Below, one piece after another: positions 29,115-46,551 of a DNA stretch of 64,000 nt. This DNA is from Eledone cirrhosa (lineage: Eukaryota): assembly GCA_964016885.1 (NCBI GenBank), contig OZ024742.1, positions 93,868,001-93,932,000 on the forward strand. The letters are read 5' to 3'. How positions within the stretch are numbered: the first letter of the stretch is position 1; the number at the start of each line of letters is the position of its first letter. A program made the position numbers and the translations under genes. The notes beneath the pieces were generated by a model. That model worked only from the letters and a program-made list of their open reading frames with translations, was not told where the DNA came from and made no database searches.

Positions 29115-29244
29115 CATTGTTTTACGATCGTTTCAGAAGGTTGATTGATCATGATAAATCAATATATTGACTCACTGTTAGTTGTTACGCAACCATATTA
29201 GTCTCAATATTTCAGATCCATCTCCCCATCTTCCAGAAACAATG
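29115..29244 (-). ncRNA. Hammerhead-like motif with 1-nt core insertion
   Basis: Minus strand cattgttt-CTGGAAGA...GAAA-cgatcg-TA-aaacaatg; perfect 8-bp stem I, palindromic stem III, ~50 bp from (TA)n. Confidence 0.6.
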
Positions 29245-30863
29245 GACTATAATCTTTATTTATAAGATAAAATGAAGAGCTAGTAATTAAAGATGAAGAA
29301 ATACAAGTAGAAAAAACAAGTAGAAAAAATAATTAGAAGAAAAAATAAGTAGAAGAAATTAAATAAACATTTATACTATAGAATCTGTCCTGACATTCTA
29401 ACCATATGCCCATATAATGAGAGCTTTAATCTCTCAATGCAAAGTTGTAGCTGCTCTACATGGAGTGATTCCTGACCTCTGAGCTATGTATCCTATCAAG
29501 TAACATTATTTGAAAGACCCTTCAGAGGAACCTCATTTTGGTCACTTGTATTCATAATCATATTTATGACTGTTGGTAAGAGTTGACTTGAATACCTAAT
29601 TGAAGATAGTGAGTTTCGATTTTACACCAACCTGCCTTCTTCTAATAGCTGAATGCTAAAGCCAGTGCATTATGACACCAGCTCCAGCTATTCTTGAATT
29701 TAATTCAGTCTCTGGCCTTCCAACATTTGTAAAAATTGTCTCAAGATAATTGCATTTCTCTACCTGCTTCAGTATAACTCCATTGACATGTAAAGTTCAC
29801 CGTGCAGGCTTTCTATAGGCTTAGTGATGTCTATGACAAAGAAAGAAAGTTAACTATGATGTTTCAAACTGAAGCATATCAACAATAAAGCCTCTTCTTC
29901 ATCATTTCATTGTTTGTCTCAAGAAATTTTAAGAGGTAAATTAGAAAATATAAATTGATACATTGAAGTAAAACAAACGTAAATGTGAAAAAACAAATCT
30001 GAAATTGTGTGGGTGTATGGTGACTGTGGTGTTAACTTCAGATCAGGATTATGTGGGTGGGGTGGCTGTAGTGTTAAACTTAGATCAGAACTGTGTGTGT
30101 GTATGATGGCTGTAGTGGTAACCTCAGATCAGGCCTGACCCAGTAGACATCCAATCAAAAGCAGTCTAGCTAAGATCGTCTAATCAATCCCTTTGTGACA
30201 CTAAATTTAGAATCACACCATCGAATGCAGAATTTCTGTATTGTAAGATGGAAGGTTATTACTTGAAATCAATTATGAACAGATAAAGCAAATTATGTCA
30301 TTATGAACAGATAAAGCAAAAAAGAAAAGGCACCTTCTGCTACAGTTGTTAAATTTAAGAACCCATTGTAAAAGGTGTAGGGCAATTCAGAAGCTTAGTA
30401 GTGTTTAGAAGATTAAAATGTTAAAGTCACGACTGCAAGATTTGAAACTACAGAATGTAAAAAATAATGGTTCTGATTTAGGAACAGGGACAAAAATTTG
30501 GAGGAGGGAAAAGACAATTAAATCAACCCCAGTGCATTATGATAACTATATTCTATTGATCCAGTAAGGATGAAGGACAATGGTGAACTCAGCAATATAT
30601 AAAAAAAATAATGCTACCATCTTCACAACTTTACTTTCTATTTTCAGAAACTTTTAGGAGAAAATAAGTAAATGATGTGATGTGATAGTCTTGTAATTCC
30701 CAATGGAGTTGTAGGGGCACCGTCGTAGCATATTCCTTTTCTTGGGACTTTTAAACTTGGTAGAGCCTGTCCCTCTCCAGATATGAACAGAGTAGATTTC
30801 TCCCAGAAAAGGATTGAGAGTGAGAGAGAGAAAGTGACAAAGAGATATTGAAGAAGAATCAAC

Positions 30864-31008
30864 CACAGTATTGGACTGGTACTTTTTTATCGACCTCGAA
30901 AGGATGAAAAGTAAAGTTGAACTAGATGGAATTTGAACTCAGAGAGAAGAGAACCAGAATGAATATTGCAAAGCATTCTATCTGACATACTAACGATTCT
31001 GCCAATTT
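30864..31008 (-). mobile_element. tRNA-derived SINE (diverged)
   Basis: ctggtactttttt-atcgacc-cgaaaggatgaaa...atttgaactcag. Confidence 0.65.
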
Positions 31009-31175
31009 GTATATATATTTAGGAGACAAAACAAGTCGAATAGAACAGACATAACTTTGGCTGTTTCCCCACTCACTCGATGAACAACTAAATTCAAATT
31101 ATTAAAATTCAAACTCAGCTAGTCAGAGTGTATACTTTCATTAATCAGTGAGGAAGACTACTTTGTGAGGGTGTG

Positions 31176-31214
<39 letters not shown>

Positions 31215-31460
31215 ATTATGCAAAATAAAGCAGTTGTCAAAAGCAAAAATGAAAGACATTGTGGTAAAATATAATTACCAACCATATTTTAGAGTGAGTG
31301 ATATCTTATTCTGACAAATGACAGAACATATTCTTACTATTTATCAGTACAGAATAGTATTCATGATACCTATAAAACATGCAGTATATTCATCATCATC
31401 ATCATCATCACCGTTTTACGTCCATTCTTCCACGCTATCATGGGTTGTATTGGTTAATAA

Positions 31461-31650
31461 TTGTTTCTACTTTAGGCACAAGGCCAGCAAATTACCCAGT
31501 GCATTACTGGTACTTTATTTTATCAACTCCGTAAGGATGAAAGGCAAAGTCAACCTCGGCGGGATTTGAACTCAGATCGTAAAGGGACGTAACTATGCTG
31601 GAAAGCATGGCGTCCGACCCTCTACCAATACTGCTAATCCACTGCCAGTA
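31461..31650 (-). mobile_element. tRNA-derived SINE
   Basis: Closely matches 42939-43127. Confidence 0.85.
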
Positions 31651-31769
31651 TTGGCTAATAATATGTAGATAGTAATATACCAATTATGTTACATAATAAG
31701 TCTTAGCATTGGTATTACAGAAACTGCAATTTTGAAAGCCAATCACATATGCACAGGTATGTTTATAAC

Positions 31770-31815
<46 letters not shown>

Positions 31816-31818
<3 letters not shown>

Positions 31819-32751
31819 GTGGGGGAGGGTGCTCTGAAAGTACAGTAGCTAGAGTCAGAACTGGATGGAAAAAGTTCAGAAAGCTTATACCACTATTAGC
31901 CGCTAAAGGGTTCTCCCTAAAAATGAAAGGCAGGCTGTATGATGCCTGCATACGAACAGCAATGTTGCATGGCAGTGAGACCTGGGCATTGTGCGCAGAG
32001 GATATACGCAGACTGGAGAGGAACAAAGCTTGCATGCTCCGCTGGATGTGTAATAGTAATATATGTGAACGGCAAAGCATAAACGAACTAAGGGAAAAAT
32101 TAGAAATAAGAGGGATCAGATGTTGTTTACTCGAGAGAAGACTACGTTGGTATGGCCACGTGATGTGCATGAAAGATGACAGCTGTATAAAAAAGAGCAG
32201 GGCAATAAAAATAGACGGTAGCCACAGAGTAGGCAGACCCAGAAAAACCTGGGACAACTTGATAAATTCCGACCTCACACACTTACACCTCTCCAAGACA
32301 ATGTCACTGGACCAAAATCTTTGGCGCTACACAGTAATAGAGAAGACCCGCCTTACCTAAGTACAAAGTGAAACCTACTACAGTTAGTAGGCACCTCTAA
32401 CAAAATACACTCCCGGCCCACTACCCCCACCCCATCCACACCACCCCTTTCAATGTAAAGTTATGTTGGTACCACAACATCCAGCCCGAAACAAATGAGG
32501 TCGTGTAGGTGTCACAACAAAAAAAACACACAGTCCACGCTGTAATGTGGCCGTGTAGGTAACACGGTAAAAACCTCCCAGTTCCACACTGTAAATGTGG
32601 TTGGTGTTAGGAAGGGCATCCAGCTGTAGAAAACCCGCCAGATAGTCCTATGCGAGCAAGACAACCACTCTTGCCTCAAGTGGGAAAACTCCCATCCAAA
32701 CCCATGCAAGCATGGAATATGGACGTTAAACGTTGATGATGATGATGATGA

Positions 32752-32754
<3 letters not shown>
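31816..32754 (+). mobile_element. 5'-truncated RTE LINE (C-terminus and 3' UTR)
   Basis: Protein and UTR nearly identical to 39085-40028; begins after and ends before (TA)n. Confidence 0.95.
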
Positions 32755-32789
<35 letters not shown>

Positions 32790-33074
32790 AGCAGGAACGA
32801 AGTATCAATATAACATCAATATATTTATATATATCTATTAACATATGATGTAAGAGATCTCTGGCATTATGAAGTAATATAGAAGACCTAACTTCCCCTG
32901 TGCATGGGTGGAAGCCTATATCTAGTATGTACCTTCACCTCCCACGTCCTAACACCCCTATTCATGCCTTAATACCTTACACCTCAACCACATCTCATGA
33001 TCTACCTTTCCCGTCCACGTCCCCAGCCCAAACTATAAATTGATCATTTTGGTGCTACAACAACAGTGCCCACC

Positions 33075-33329
33075 CCTCACTGTAAAGTGATCATTTGGGT
33101 GTCATGAATAAATCTCCCAGCTGACACTGTAAAGTGTTTGTGTAGGTGTCATGACAAAAAGCACCTAGTAGACACTGTAAATGTGGTTGTTGTTTGGAAG
33201 GGCATTCAGCCATAGAAACCAAGCCTGAATCAGTTCTGTTTGAGCAAGGCATAATCACCTGATTTGACTTGTATCTCACAATAGGACAAGTCTAACCCAG
33301 GTTAGCATGGAAAAATGGACGTTAAACTG

Positions 33330-33385
<56 letters not shown>

Positions 33386-33417
33386 GTGATTATGATGGTG
33401 GTGATGATGATGATGAT
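33075..33417 (+). mobile_element. SINE/RTE tail with expanded (GAT)n
   Basis: ggaagggcattcagc...gcatggaaaaatggacgttaaa followed by a long (GAT)n. Confidence 0.75.
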
Positions 33418-34899
33418 ATATGGTTAGAGAAAATAAATATAAAAACACAAAGTCTTGAAAATATATCAAAGAGTGAGAAAAAAAAAAGAAAAGATATATC
33501 CTAAATGTCATTAGGATTCGTAAACTATATTATCCAAATTTCATCATCTATTGAACACAACACAGCAGGAGATATCCAACAATAATTCAGCTATCATCTT
33601 AATGCTAGCTAACACTTTTAAAATGCTGACAATCCTAACACTACATGCTTATTCTCCACATTTCAGTTAGGAACTTACAAGTTAACAACACTAACAATCA
33701 TCAGCATATCTAAGCTGAAAAAGGTTTAGCTATTGATATCACTAAACAAAGAACTTCTTATTAACTGAATATTGGTCAATTTTCAGCAGATACTTCTTAT
33801 CATTTGATAAGAATGTCAGAGAAAATATCAGAAGATTTTTGGTTTTGTTTTATGGGAGTGATAATAGTTATTGCAAATATTTTCCCTGTTAAAGTGGCTG
33901 TCTAGCTTTCTCTGCCAATAGACACACAAGAACATTGGAAATCATCTTACAGATGATTTTCACCAAATATCTTACCTTCAGACATTTGTTTTCTTCAATT
34001 CTAAACTATATTTATGTTTGTGTGTGCATGTATATGCAAATGTGTGAGTTTTCGTTTTCATTATATATATTATGTGTGTGTGTTTATAGTAGAACAGGTG
34101 TGAAATAATGCTCTAATGGTGTGTCTGCATCATAGAATTGCACACATAGGAATGAGATATCATGATATGTATGCATATATATCAGCATATATTTATATGT
34201 ATATGTGTTTGTGAGTTAACATTTGGATACGAGAATACATACTGACACATGAGATACATGTACATGCACACACAGAAATTACTGTGGATTGGTAGAAAAC
34301 AACCAAAGAAACCAAGAGGATATAAAGAAGCAACAAAAATGAGATAAAATAGAGAGGAAAATGATAGAGGAAGTCCTAGTCAAATGAAAATAATAAAGTA
34401 TTGAAAAGCAACGGCTTATTGTACTAGATTTGCAGTCGATGCAATAAATGGCGAGTGATGCTTCTTTTGAAAGCCATCATTGCAGCATATTACATCAAAG
34501 AGAGCATTATGACAACAAGTGTGTATATGCATGTATGTATGCATTCACGTATGGATATATGTATGCATGTATTTATGCATATATTCATGTATGTAAATCT
34601 GCATGTATCCATATGTGTATCTGTTTGGTTTTGAAATATAATACAATATTGAACTACCATTGGACTACTGGCATTATGTTTTGAGTTCATTTCCTACCAG
34701 AACTAATGGTGCCTTTTATCTTCCTGTGGGTAAGCAATGCAAATGCTCTTCTATTATCATCATCCAGTCAAGGAAACCATGACAAATATGAAACTTTTGA
34801 ACAAGATATGGTTCTCTGACTCATCTAATCTCAGACAACAACTCATCAAAACTATGTCAGCATAGAAAACAGACACATATATTTGTATAAATATATATA

Positions 34900-35291
34900 G
34901 GAAAATATTCAAGACCCCGACGGCAGAGCTCAAGCCATTTTGATGGCTATTTCTGGACCGTCCAGAAATAGCCGCCGAAACGGCTTGAGCTATGCCGTTG
35001 GGGTCTTGAACATTGTCATATTACCCACTCTACTACCCTAAGTATTGAGCACTTTGGTGCATAATGGTTCATCTGGTTCCTTACCACACTTCCTTCATTA
35101 TGTATATATAGGAAAAGAGTCAGAACTCCAACGAGAGAGCTCAAGCCATTTCGGGACGAAATAGCTGTCGAAACGACTTGAGTTCTGCCATCGGGGTTCT
35201 GACTCTTTTCTATTACCCACTCTACTACACAAAGTATCGAGTACTCTGGTTTGTTATGGTCCACCTGGTTCCTTACCACACTTCCTTTGTT
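34900..35291 (+). mobile_element. Two tandem hairpin-plus-tail elements (copies B 34900-35100, C 35111-35291)
   Basis: Each has self-complementary arms and the same tail as copy A; separated by a short TA run. Confidence 0.8.
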
Positions 35292-35407
35292 ATATATATA
35301 TACATATTATATATATATATATATTCTCAGTAATTCTCTGAATCACATATACAATATATATATGGAAGCATGGAAAATTGGATGTAAAAACGATGATAAT
35401 GGTGATG

Positions 35408-40028
<4,621 letters not shown>

Positions 40029-40259
40029 AAAAGTGAACTTAAAATAAAATCATCTGGATTTCATTGTTCCATAAAAGCTCAATGAAAATTAAATGTGAAG
40101 AATAGCATATTCCAGAGCATGCTATACTATAATGTTATGAAAACAACAATAACTATAGTTTCTAATACATATGACAAGGCTGAAAATAATCAGAACATAA
40201 AGTTATTACTTACATTACAAGTCATTACTACTTACATTACATAAAGTTATTACTTACAT

Positions 40260-40522
40260 TATTTCCTTGAGCAAGGCACTTTATTTCACATTGCTCCAGT
40301 TTACTCAGCTGTAGAAATGAGATGATGGGGACTGGGGTCACTATCATTCCACTGCAAAGTGGTCGTGGAGGTGCCATGGAAAAAAAGCACCCAGTACTCA
40401 CGGTAAATGAGGTTGGTGTTAGGAAGGGCATCCAGCTGTAGAAATCAAGCCAGAATCAGTTCCCGTCTCACCCTTGCAAGCAGGGAAAAGTGGACGTAAA
40501 ATGAAATGATGATGATGATGAA
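40260..40522 (+). mobile_element. SINE fragment with RTE-type tail
   Basis: ccttgagcaaggcactttatttcac body joined to ggtgttaggaagggcatccagctgtagaaa...(GAT)n. Confidence 0.7.
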
Positions 40523-40569
40523 TGATGATTACAAATGTCTAACATAACTGGGACTACATCAAGTGTAGG

Positions 40570-41050
40570 TCTACCTTTGGGAAAATTGAATCTGGCTTGG
40601 ACTAACACCACCTCACAGCCAAACAGTGGCACATAGCTCAATATGGTGTGCTCCTCATTAACCAAAATCCATCCCGATGAGATGTGCACTCATATCTGAG
40701 TGGCAGAACGCCTCAGCCTCAATGTGTGTGAGCCATATAAATGCTGTTGTGGGGCTGTCGATGATGAGTTCAGCCTGGACCCATTATCATGCTGCCAGAG
40801 TGCAGGCTGGTTCCCCTGACATGTCACTCCCAATGAGATAATTGGAAAGTACCTTGATGCAGCTAGCTTCCCATCACAACTGGAGTTAGTAAGACTCGAC
40901 TGTGGTGATGGCAAGCGGCCCAATGGAATTACCCTCTTCTCTTTAAAGAGATGCAAATCCCTCATCCAGGATATGCCATACTGTGACACATTCTCCACCT
41001 CCAGCTTAGTCACCTTGACCACAAACCCCAGTACTGTTGCTCGCAATGGT
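40570..41050 (+). pseudogene. Degraded C-terminus of a CRE-like non-LTR retrotransposon (Zn knuckle plus restriction-like endonuclease)
   Basis: Manual translation across disruptions: ERLSLNVCEPYKCCCGAVDDEFSLDPLSCCQSAG ... DCGDGKRPNGITLF, resembling the conserved CxC..H...C and KRPDG motifs. Confidence 0.65.
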
Positions 41051-41289
41051 GCCTACATTTTGTGCTTATAAAAAAATACGTTGTAGATTACCAGGGGTTT
41101 AACTTAATTGGGTGCCTGAGAGTAAAATGTTCAACCCACGAAAGCCAAGACGATAGGGTTAAGTAAAAAGGCATTCGACAAACCGAACATGTATCTGTTG
41201 TGCTATGGTACAATGAAAGCAATAGTTACAGAGCAGTAATCATGTGGGACTGCAGTGGTGGAGAGTATGAAGGAATTTAGTTGGATACT

Positions 41290-41809
41290 TTTAAGGTTAC
41301 AGCCCGTAACGCAACAAAAGTGCTAAACAATGCGGTCCCCGGGCAAAAATTGGAAATCTTTTTCAGTCATGAAAATCTGTGAAACATAAGTAATGCATAT
41401 GCAAAGTTAAAAAAAAATTGGTTTGGTACTTCTCGAGTTATAGGACCTAACGTAACCAAAATGCATTAAAAAATTGGGTTTTTTGCCTAATGCGGTTCCT
41501 GGGACAAAAAATGAGAAAATCTTTTTTGCTCAAAATACTTTAAACGACATAAGTAATGCAAATTTTGAAGAAATCGCCTGGATTATTGTTCCGTTATGCC
41601 TCAAAAAAGACTTTAAAGCCTAAAATATGCAGTTTTTTGCCTAATGCGATCCCTAGGGCATTGAAAATTTGAAATATCTTTTGCTCAAAACACTCACACG
41701 ACCATAAGTATTACATGTGTAAAGTTTGAAAAAATAGGTTGGATGGTTCTCGAGTTTTAGTGAGTCAGACAGACAGATAGACAGACATTCTCTGTTTTAG
41801 ATATATAGA
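41290..41809 (-). mobile_element. Non-autonomous Helitron-like copy 1 (distal end not found)
   Basis: Minus 5' TC at 41809-41808 followed by (CTGT)n; three ~155-bp internal repeats starting near 41329, 41489, 41643. Confidence 0.6.
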
Positions 41810-41955
41810 CTAGCAGAACGGCCCGGCGTTACTCGGAATTTGCTCTAGGGTTCTTATATATTTGATATATATTTATCCTTATCGAGCCTCGTGAAATAAA
41901 TACGTTTGTTTATATTTTGTTATTGCGTACGCAAAAATATCTGTACACGAATATA

Positions 41956-42014
<59 letters not shown>

Positions 42015-42046
42015 AGATCAAAAGATGGTTAAAGGAGTTCCATGTA

Positions 42047-42113
42047 TTTTATTATGCGCATTTCAAAAACAAACATCATCATGCAATAATATTTGTGTTT
42101 TCATCAGATAAAA
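42047..42113 (-). ncRNA. Type I hammerhead ribozyme, sense to the PLE ORF
   Basis: ttttat-CTGATGA-stem II-GAAA-tgcgca-TA-ataaaa on the minus strand. Confidence 0.8.
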
Positions 42114-42938
42114 CAGGAGAACATGATATGAAGGCTAAAAAACACTTGTGGATAGTGCAGTTTTAAATCAACATATGAAAAGTGGTTTTAGATTGATGTG
42201 TGATATTGGGAAAAATATTTTATTTAGAGAGGGGGGTGGGGGGGTGGAAAGGATGAAAAAGGGGAGGAGATGAGAGGGAGAGATGGGTGATAGAGAGAAA
42301 GAGATAGTTTTTATAACTGAGAGAAGATATATTGTTTTACATAGAGAGGTTGAAAACCGTTGGAAGATAATGTATAAATTAAAAGAATTTGAACATTAAC
42401 GAAAGGAAGATATGTACGAGGAAAAAATATTTTATTTAGGGAGGGGGGGTGGAAAGGATGAAAAAAGGGGGAGGAGATGAGAGTGAAGGTGGAGAGGGAG
42501 AGATGGGTGATAGAGAGAAAGAGATAGTTTTTATAACTGAGAAAAGATATATTGTTTTACATAGAGAGGTTGAGAACCGTTGGAAGATAATGTATAAATT
42601 AAAAGAATTTGAAAATTAACGAAGGGAATTTATGTATGAAGATAGAGAGAAAAAATAATAATTGTGGATGAATACTCTAACGTCAAAAGTGTATGTTGAT
42701 AAGTATTGTGGCAATTTCAAAATTAACGAAGAGAAAAAAAATTATTAAGGTTTGTGTGTAGAAGGATTTGAGAAAAATAATGTGAAGTTAAAGTTTGTAT
42801 ATTGAAGGAATTGATAATATGTGCGAATAAAGAGTTAATATGTATTAAGAATGAGTTCGTTGATGGGGAGAAAAAAATAATAAATTAAGGATGAAATTGA
42901 GATTAAAAAGTTTTATGATAGAGAGAAAAAATAATAAT

Positions 42939-43127
42939 TGTTTCTACTTTTGGCACAAGGCCAGCAATTATCCAGTACATTACTGGTACTTTATTTTATC
43001 GACCCCGTAAGGATGAAAGGCAAAGTTAACCTCGGCGGGATTTGAACTCAGACTGTAAAGGGACGTAACTATGCTAGAAAGCATGGCGTCCAACCCTCTA
43101 CCGATACTGCCAATTCACCGCCCTTAT
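42939..43127 (-). mobile_element. tRNA-derived SINE inserted in the PLE 3' UTR with 18-bp TSD
   Basis: GAGAGAAAAAATAATAAT at 42921-42938 and 43128-43145. Confidence 0.85.
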
Positions 43128-43355
43128 GAGAGAAAAAATAATAATAATTGCGGATGAATATTCTAACGTCAAAAAAACAAATGTATATGTTATGAAGGAT
43201 TTTACAAGGTGAAGATAGAAAGAGGGTAATGAGTAAACAAGTATTATAGAGTGTATAATGCCCTTTGAAGTAAGGTAGGAAGATGGGTATATTTTAAAGA
43301 GGTGTATGTATATGTGCCTTTGAGAAAAGATTCTAAATTGATAAAGAATTGAATA

Positions 43356-45412
43356 TTAACTGTATACTTTGTGAAAAGTCCTATGGAATTTATGCAGGCA
43401 GATAGAAAACAAATCTGTACGTCTATTTATTATAGAATCTAGATTAGAGATAATGGTAAATTTTTCATTTAGGCAGAGATTACAGATTTTAGATAGAGAG
43501 CTGTTCAAGTATGAGGATGCAGAAGAAACCTTCTTCCAAAAGATGGTATATTTAATGTTTTTGTCTTTCAAGGACCATATGAGTTCTGAGAGAGCCGTGT
43601 TGGTTCTTTTAAGTTTGTATTTGAAAGATGAATGGTGATTATAGAGACGAGCTTTAAAAGAGGTGGAAGTGGAGCCAAAATAGGTGAAGGAATTGGTGCT
43701 AGTTATAACTTTACATTCATAAATTAAGTTTTTATCGAGACAATGGTTGTTGAGAGGACATTTATTTTTAATGCGGCAGTTGCAATTAGAGAGATTATTA
43801 ATGAGTGACCTAGTGTTATCTATAGAAGGAATTGGATTGGAGAAGTTGTTTGCGATAGGAATAATAGGAATAATAGTTTCTTGATTTAGAGTTGGATTAT
43901 GAACATTTAGCGAAGTTGTGTTTGACGTTGTATTTGGGTTTACAGAAGTTAGCCTAGGGTTTACAATGACGTCGGGAGTACTATTACTGTTATTATGAAA
44001 TTCAATGTTGGAAGGAAGAGATTTAGTATTTAGTATTTTATTGTTGTGTTTAGAGATGATGTTGGAAATATTGGAGGATGTAGAATAAGAAAATTTGATG
44101 GTGTGTTTGTTAAATATTTTACTATAGATATGTGAGGGAGGGAAGCATTTATTTAAGGCACTAAAAAATAATTTAGGAATATTGTTATTAATAGAGATGG
44201 AGAAAGGAGCATTATACCAGATTATGTTTTTGTATCTAGGTCTTTTATTAAAATTATTGGAATGATCATGATTAATTATTCTATTGTAAGTTTTTCTAGA
44301 ATTTGTTTCTTTACTATATTTGATTTTATCTGGATAGCCGGCTTTAGAAAGTGCGTTATTATAGTAATTGGCGTTAGCATCAAAGATGTTTTTATTAGAA
44401 GATATGTTAGATATTCTTTTTCCAATATTACTAACTATAGCATTCTTGATATTGGTAGGATGGTTAGATTTAAAGTTAACATAATTTAGGTTTTCATTGT
44501 TTTTATGGTAAGGGTAATATAGGCCAGTGTCAAGATTAAGAGATACATCCAAGAAATTAGCTAGTTTGATACTATTATCAAATTCAATTTTTAGGTTATG
44601 TTGGTTAAAGAGATTACGTATATTGTTCTTAATAATATTAAGGTTAACTATATTGCAATTTAGGATAGTAAAGAGTCCATCGTCACGATAAATTCCACCG
44701 CGAAGTTGAGGAATTTTCCGACTCAAAGAGTTCAAAATGAAGATACCAATTAAATCAGTGAATTGGGATGAATCGGATGCTCCCATTGTGATGTCGAAGT
44801 TGTTAGAGGTATCGGCTCTGGTCCAATATTCGTTGTTGAACTCTAGGATGGTTTTACGTGCGGTGAGGATGATGTGAAGTTCATCTGTGGTGATGTCAGA
44901 ATATTTAAGTGCGAAAGATAGAGCATTATTGAGAAGTGAAGGCGAAATGGAGGAATAGTAGCTGGCAATATCAAATTGAATAGATTTTAGTTTGTTTTTA
45001 TTATCCAATTTGTTGAACCAGTCAATCACCTCAGAAGTACCAAACCATAAATTTAGGTTCAAAGAAGAGCAATTAGAACTAACCTGTGGGATAATTCTAT
45101 CCAAGATGGCTTTACTAACAACCCCCAGATCAGATTTAGAGGGGGCGATTAATCTAACAGGTAGTTCAGTGCGAAAATTGTTTTTGTGATCCTTGATATT
45201 TATCCTCGGAGTTCTTGGGAGGAATGGTTCGGTCTTTTTTTCAATGCCAAGTTTTGACATAATCTCAGAGGCTTCAAGGTTTATGTATTCTAAATTTTCA
45301 TGGTTGGTTTTACGATACTTTTTCCTAAGTTCCTTTAGGATAAGGTTGTTATAATTATCCTTGGAAATACCATATAAGTTATTGGTTTTGTCAGAGTGGA
45401 CTAAAACATTTT
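43356..45412 (-). CDS. PLE reverse transcriptase - GIY-YIG endonuclease, 5'-truncated but uninterrupted (tentatively Nematis-like)
   Basis: SDKT, QFDIASYYSSI, ITMGA, YRDD, NFLDV; CNCRxKxxCPLxxxC linker; LIYEC...YFGST...FKARLYNH GIY-YIG-like domain. Confidence 0.9.
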
Positions 45413-46021
45413 TTAATTTTGAAATTGCCACAATACTTATCAACATACACTTTTGACGTTAGAATATTCATCCACAATTATTATTTTTTCTCTCTATCTT
45501 CATACATAAATTCCCTTCGTTAATTTTCAAATTCTTTTAATTTATACATTATCTTCCAACGGTTCTCAACCTCTCTATGTAAAACAATATATCTTTTCTC
45601 AGTTATAAAAACTATCTCTTTCTCTCTATCACCCATCTCTCCCTCTCCACCTTCACTCTCATCTCCTCCCCCTCTGTTCACACCTTTCCAACCCCCCTCC
45701 CTAAATAAAATATTTTTTCCTCGTACATATCTTCCCTTCGTTAATTTTCAAATTCTTTTAATTTATACATTATCTTCCAACGGTTTTCAACCTCTCTATG
45801 TAAAACAATATATCTTCTCTCAGTTATAAAAACTATCTCTTTCTCTCTATCACCCATCTCTCCCTCTCATCTCCTCCCCTTTTTCATCCTTTCCACCCCC
45901 CCCCTCTCTAAATAAAATATTTTTCTCAATATCACACATCAATCTAAAACCACTTTTCATATGTTGATTTAAAACTGCACTATCCACAAGTGTTTTTTAG
46001 CCTTCATATCATGTTCTCCTG

Positions 46022-46088
46022 TTTTATCTGATGAAAACACAAATATTATTGCATGATGATGTTTGTTTTTGAAATGCGCATAATAAAA
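46022..46088 (+). ncRNA. Type I hammerhead ribozyme (inverted copy)
   Basis: ttttat(46022)-CTGATGA(46028-46034)...GAAA(46071-46074)-tgcgca-TA-ataaaa. Confidence 0.8.
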
Positions 46089-46238
46089 TACATGGAACTC
46101 CTTTAACCATCTTTTGATCTTATATTATGTATACTCCAGTCCTACAAACTGTAGAGTGCTTCTTATCCGATATCTGCATTGCTTTATTGTACTACAATAA
46201 AACTCACCTCCTACATTATATATATATATATATATATA

Positions 46239-46551
46239 ATAAAGAAAACGAAAAATCAGTGATGCATCTGGACTTAGCTTATTTCGTTTTACAAATGTTT
46301 CGCCGGCATGTAGCTCGAGTCATGGTCCTTGTATGGATCTGGCTGATTCTACTTCTGCGGGTTCTTTCAGACAGGGACCATGACTCGAGCTACATGCCGA
46401 CGAAACATTTGTAACACGAAATAAACTAAGTCCAGATGCATCACTGATTTTTCGTTTTCTTTATAATATCTACACACTACTCTGATGAATATCAAGTGCT
46501 AATTTTGGCATACCGCCTATGGAAGAACCATACCTACCACTATACACAACT
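46239..46551 (+). mobile_element. Fold-back element with 94-bp arms and unpaired extension
   Basis: 46239-46332 pairs with 46371-46464; extension to 46551; (TA)n on both sides; arms contain cGAAAcatttgTA, like a hammerhead 3' half. Confidence 0.75.

Larger units (their letters stand above)
42007..46218 (-). mobile_element. Penelope-like element with ~720-bp inverted terminal copies
   Basis: 42007-42726 is the reverse complement of 45413-46128; right arm has a further ~90-bp extension; both ends abut (TA)n. Confidence 0.92.

Noticed and set aside
45413-45446. Predicted start MLISIVAISKL of the 696-aa ORF
   Set aside because: These codons lie inside the inverted terminal copy, so the start is chimeric and the real N-terminus is missing
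46482-46530. Isolated CTGATGA box
   Set aside because: No matching GAAA/UH segment with stem pairing downstream
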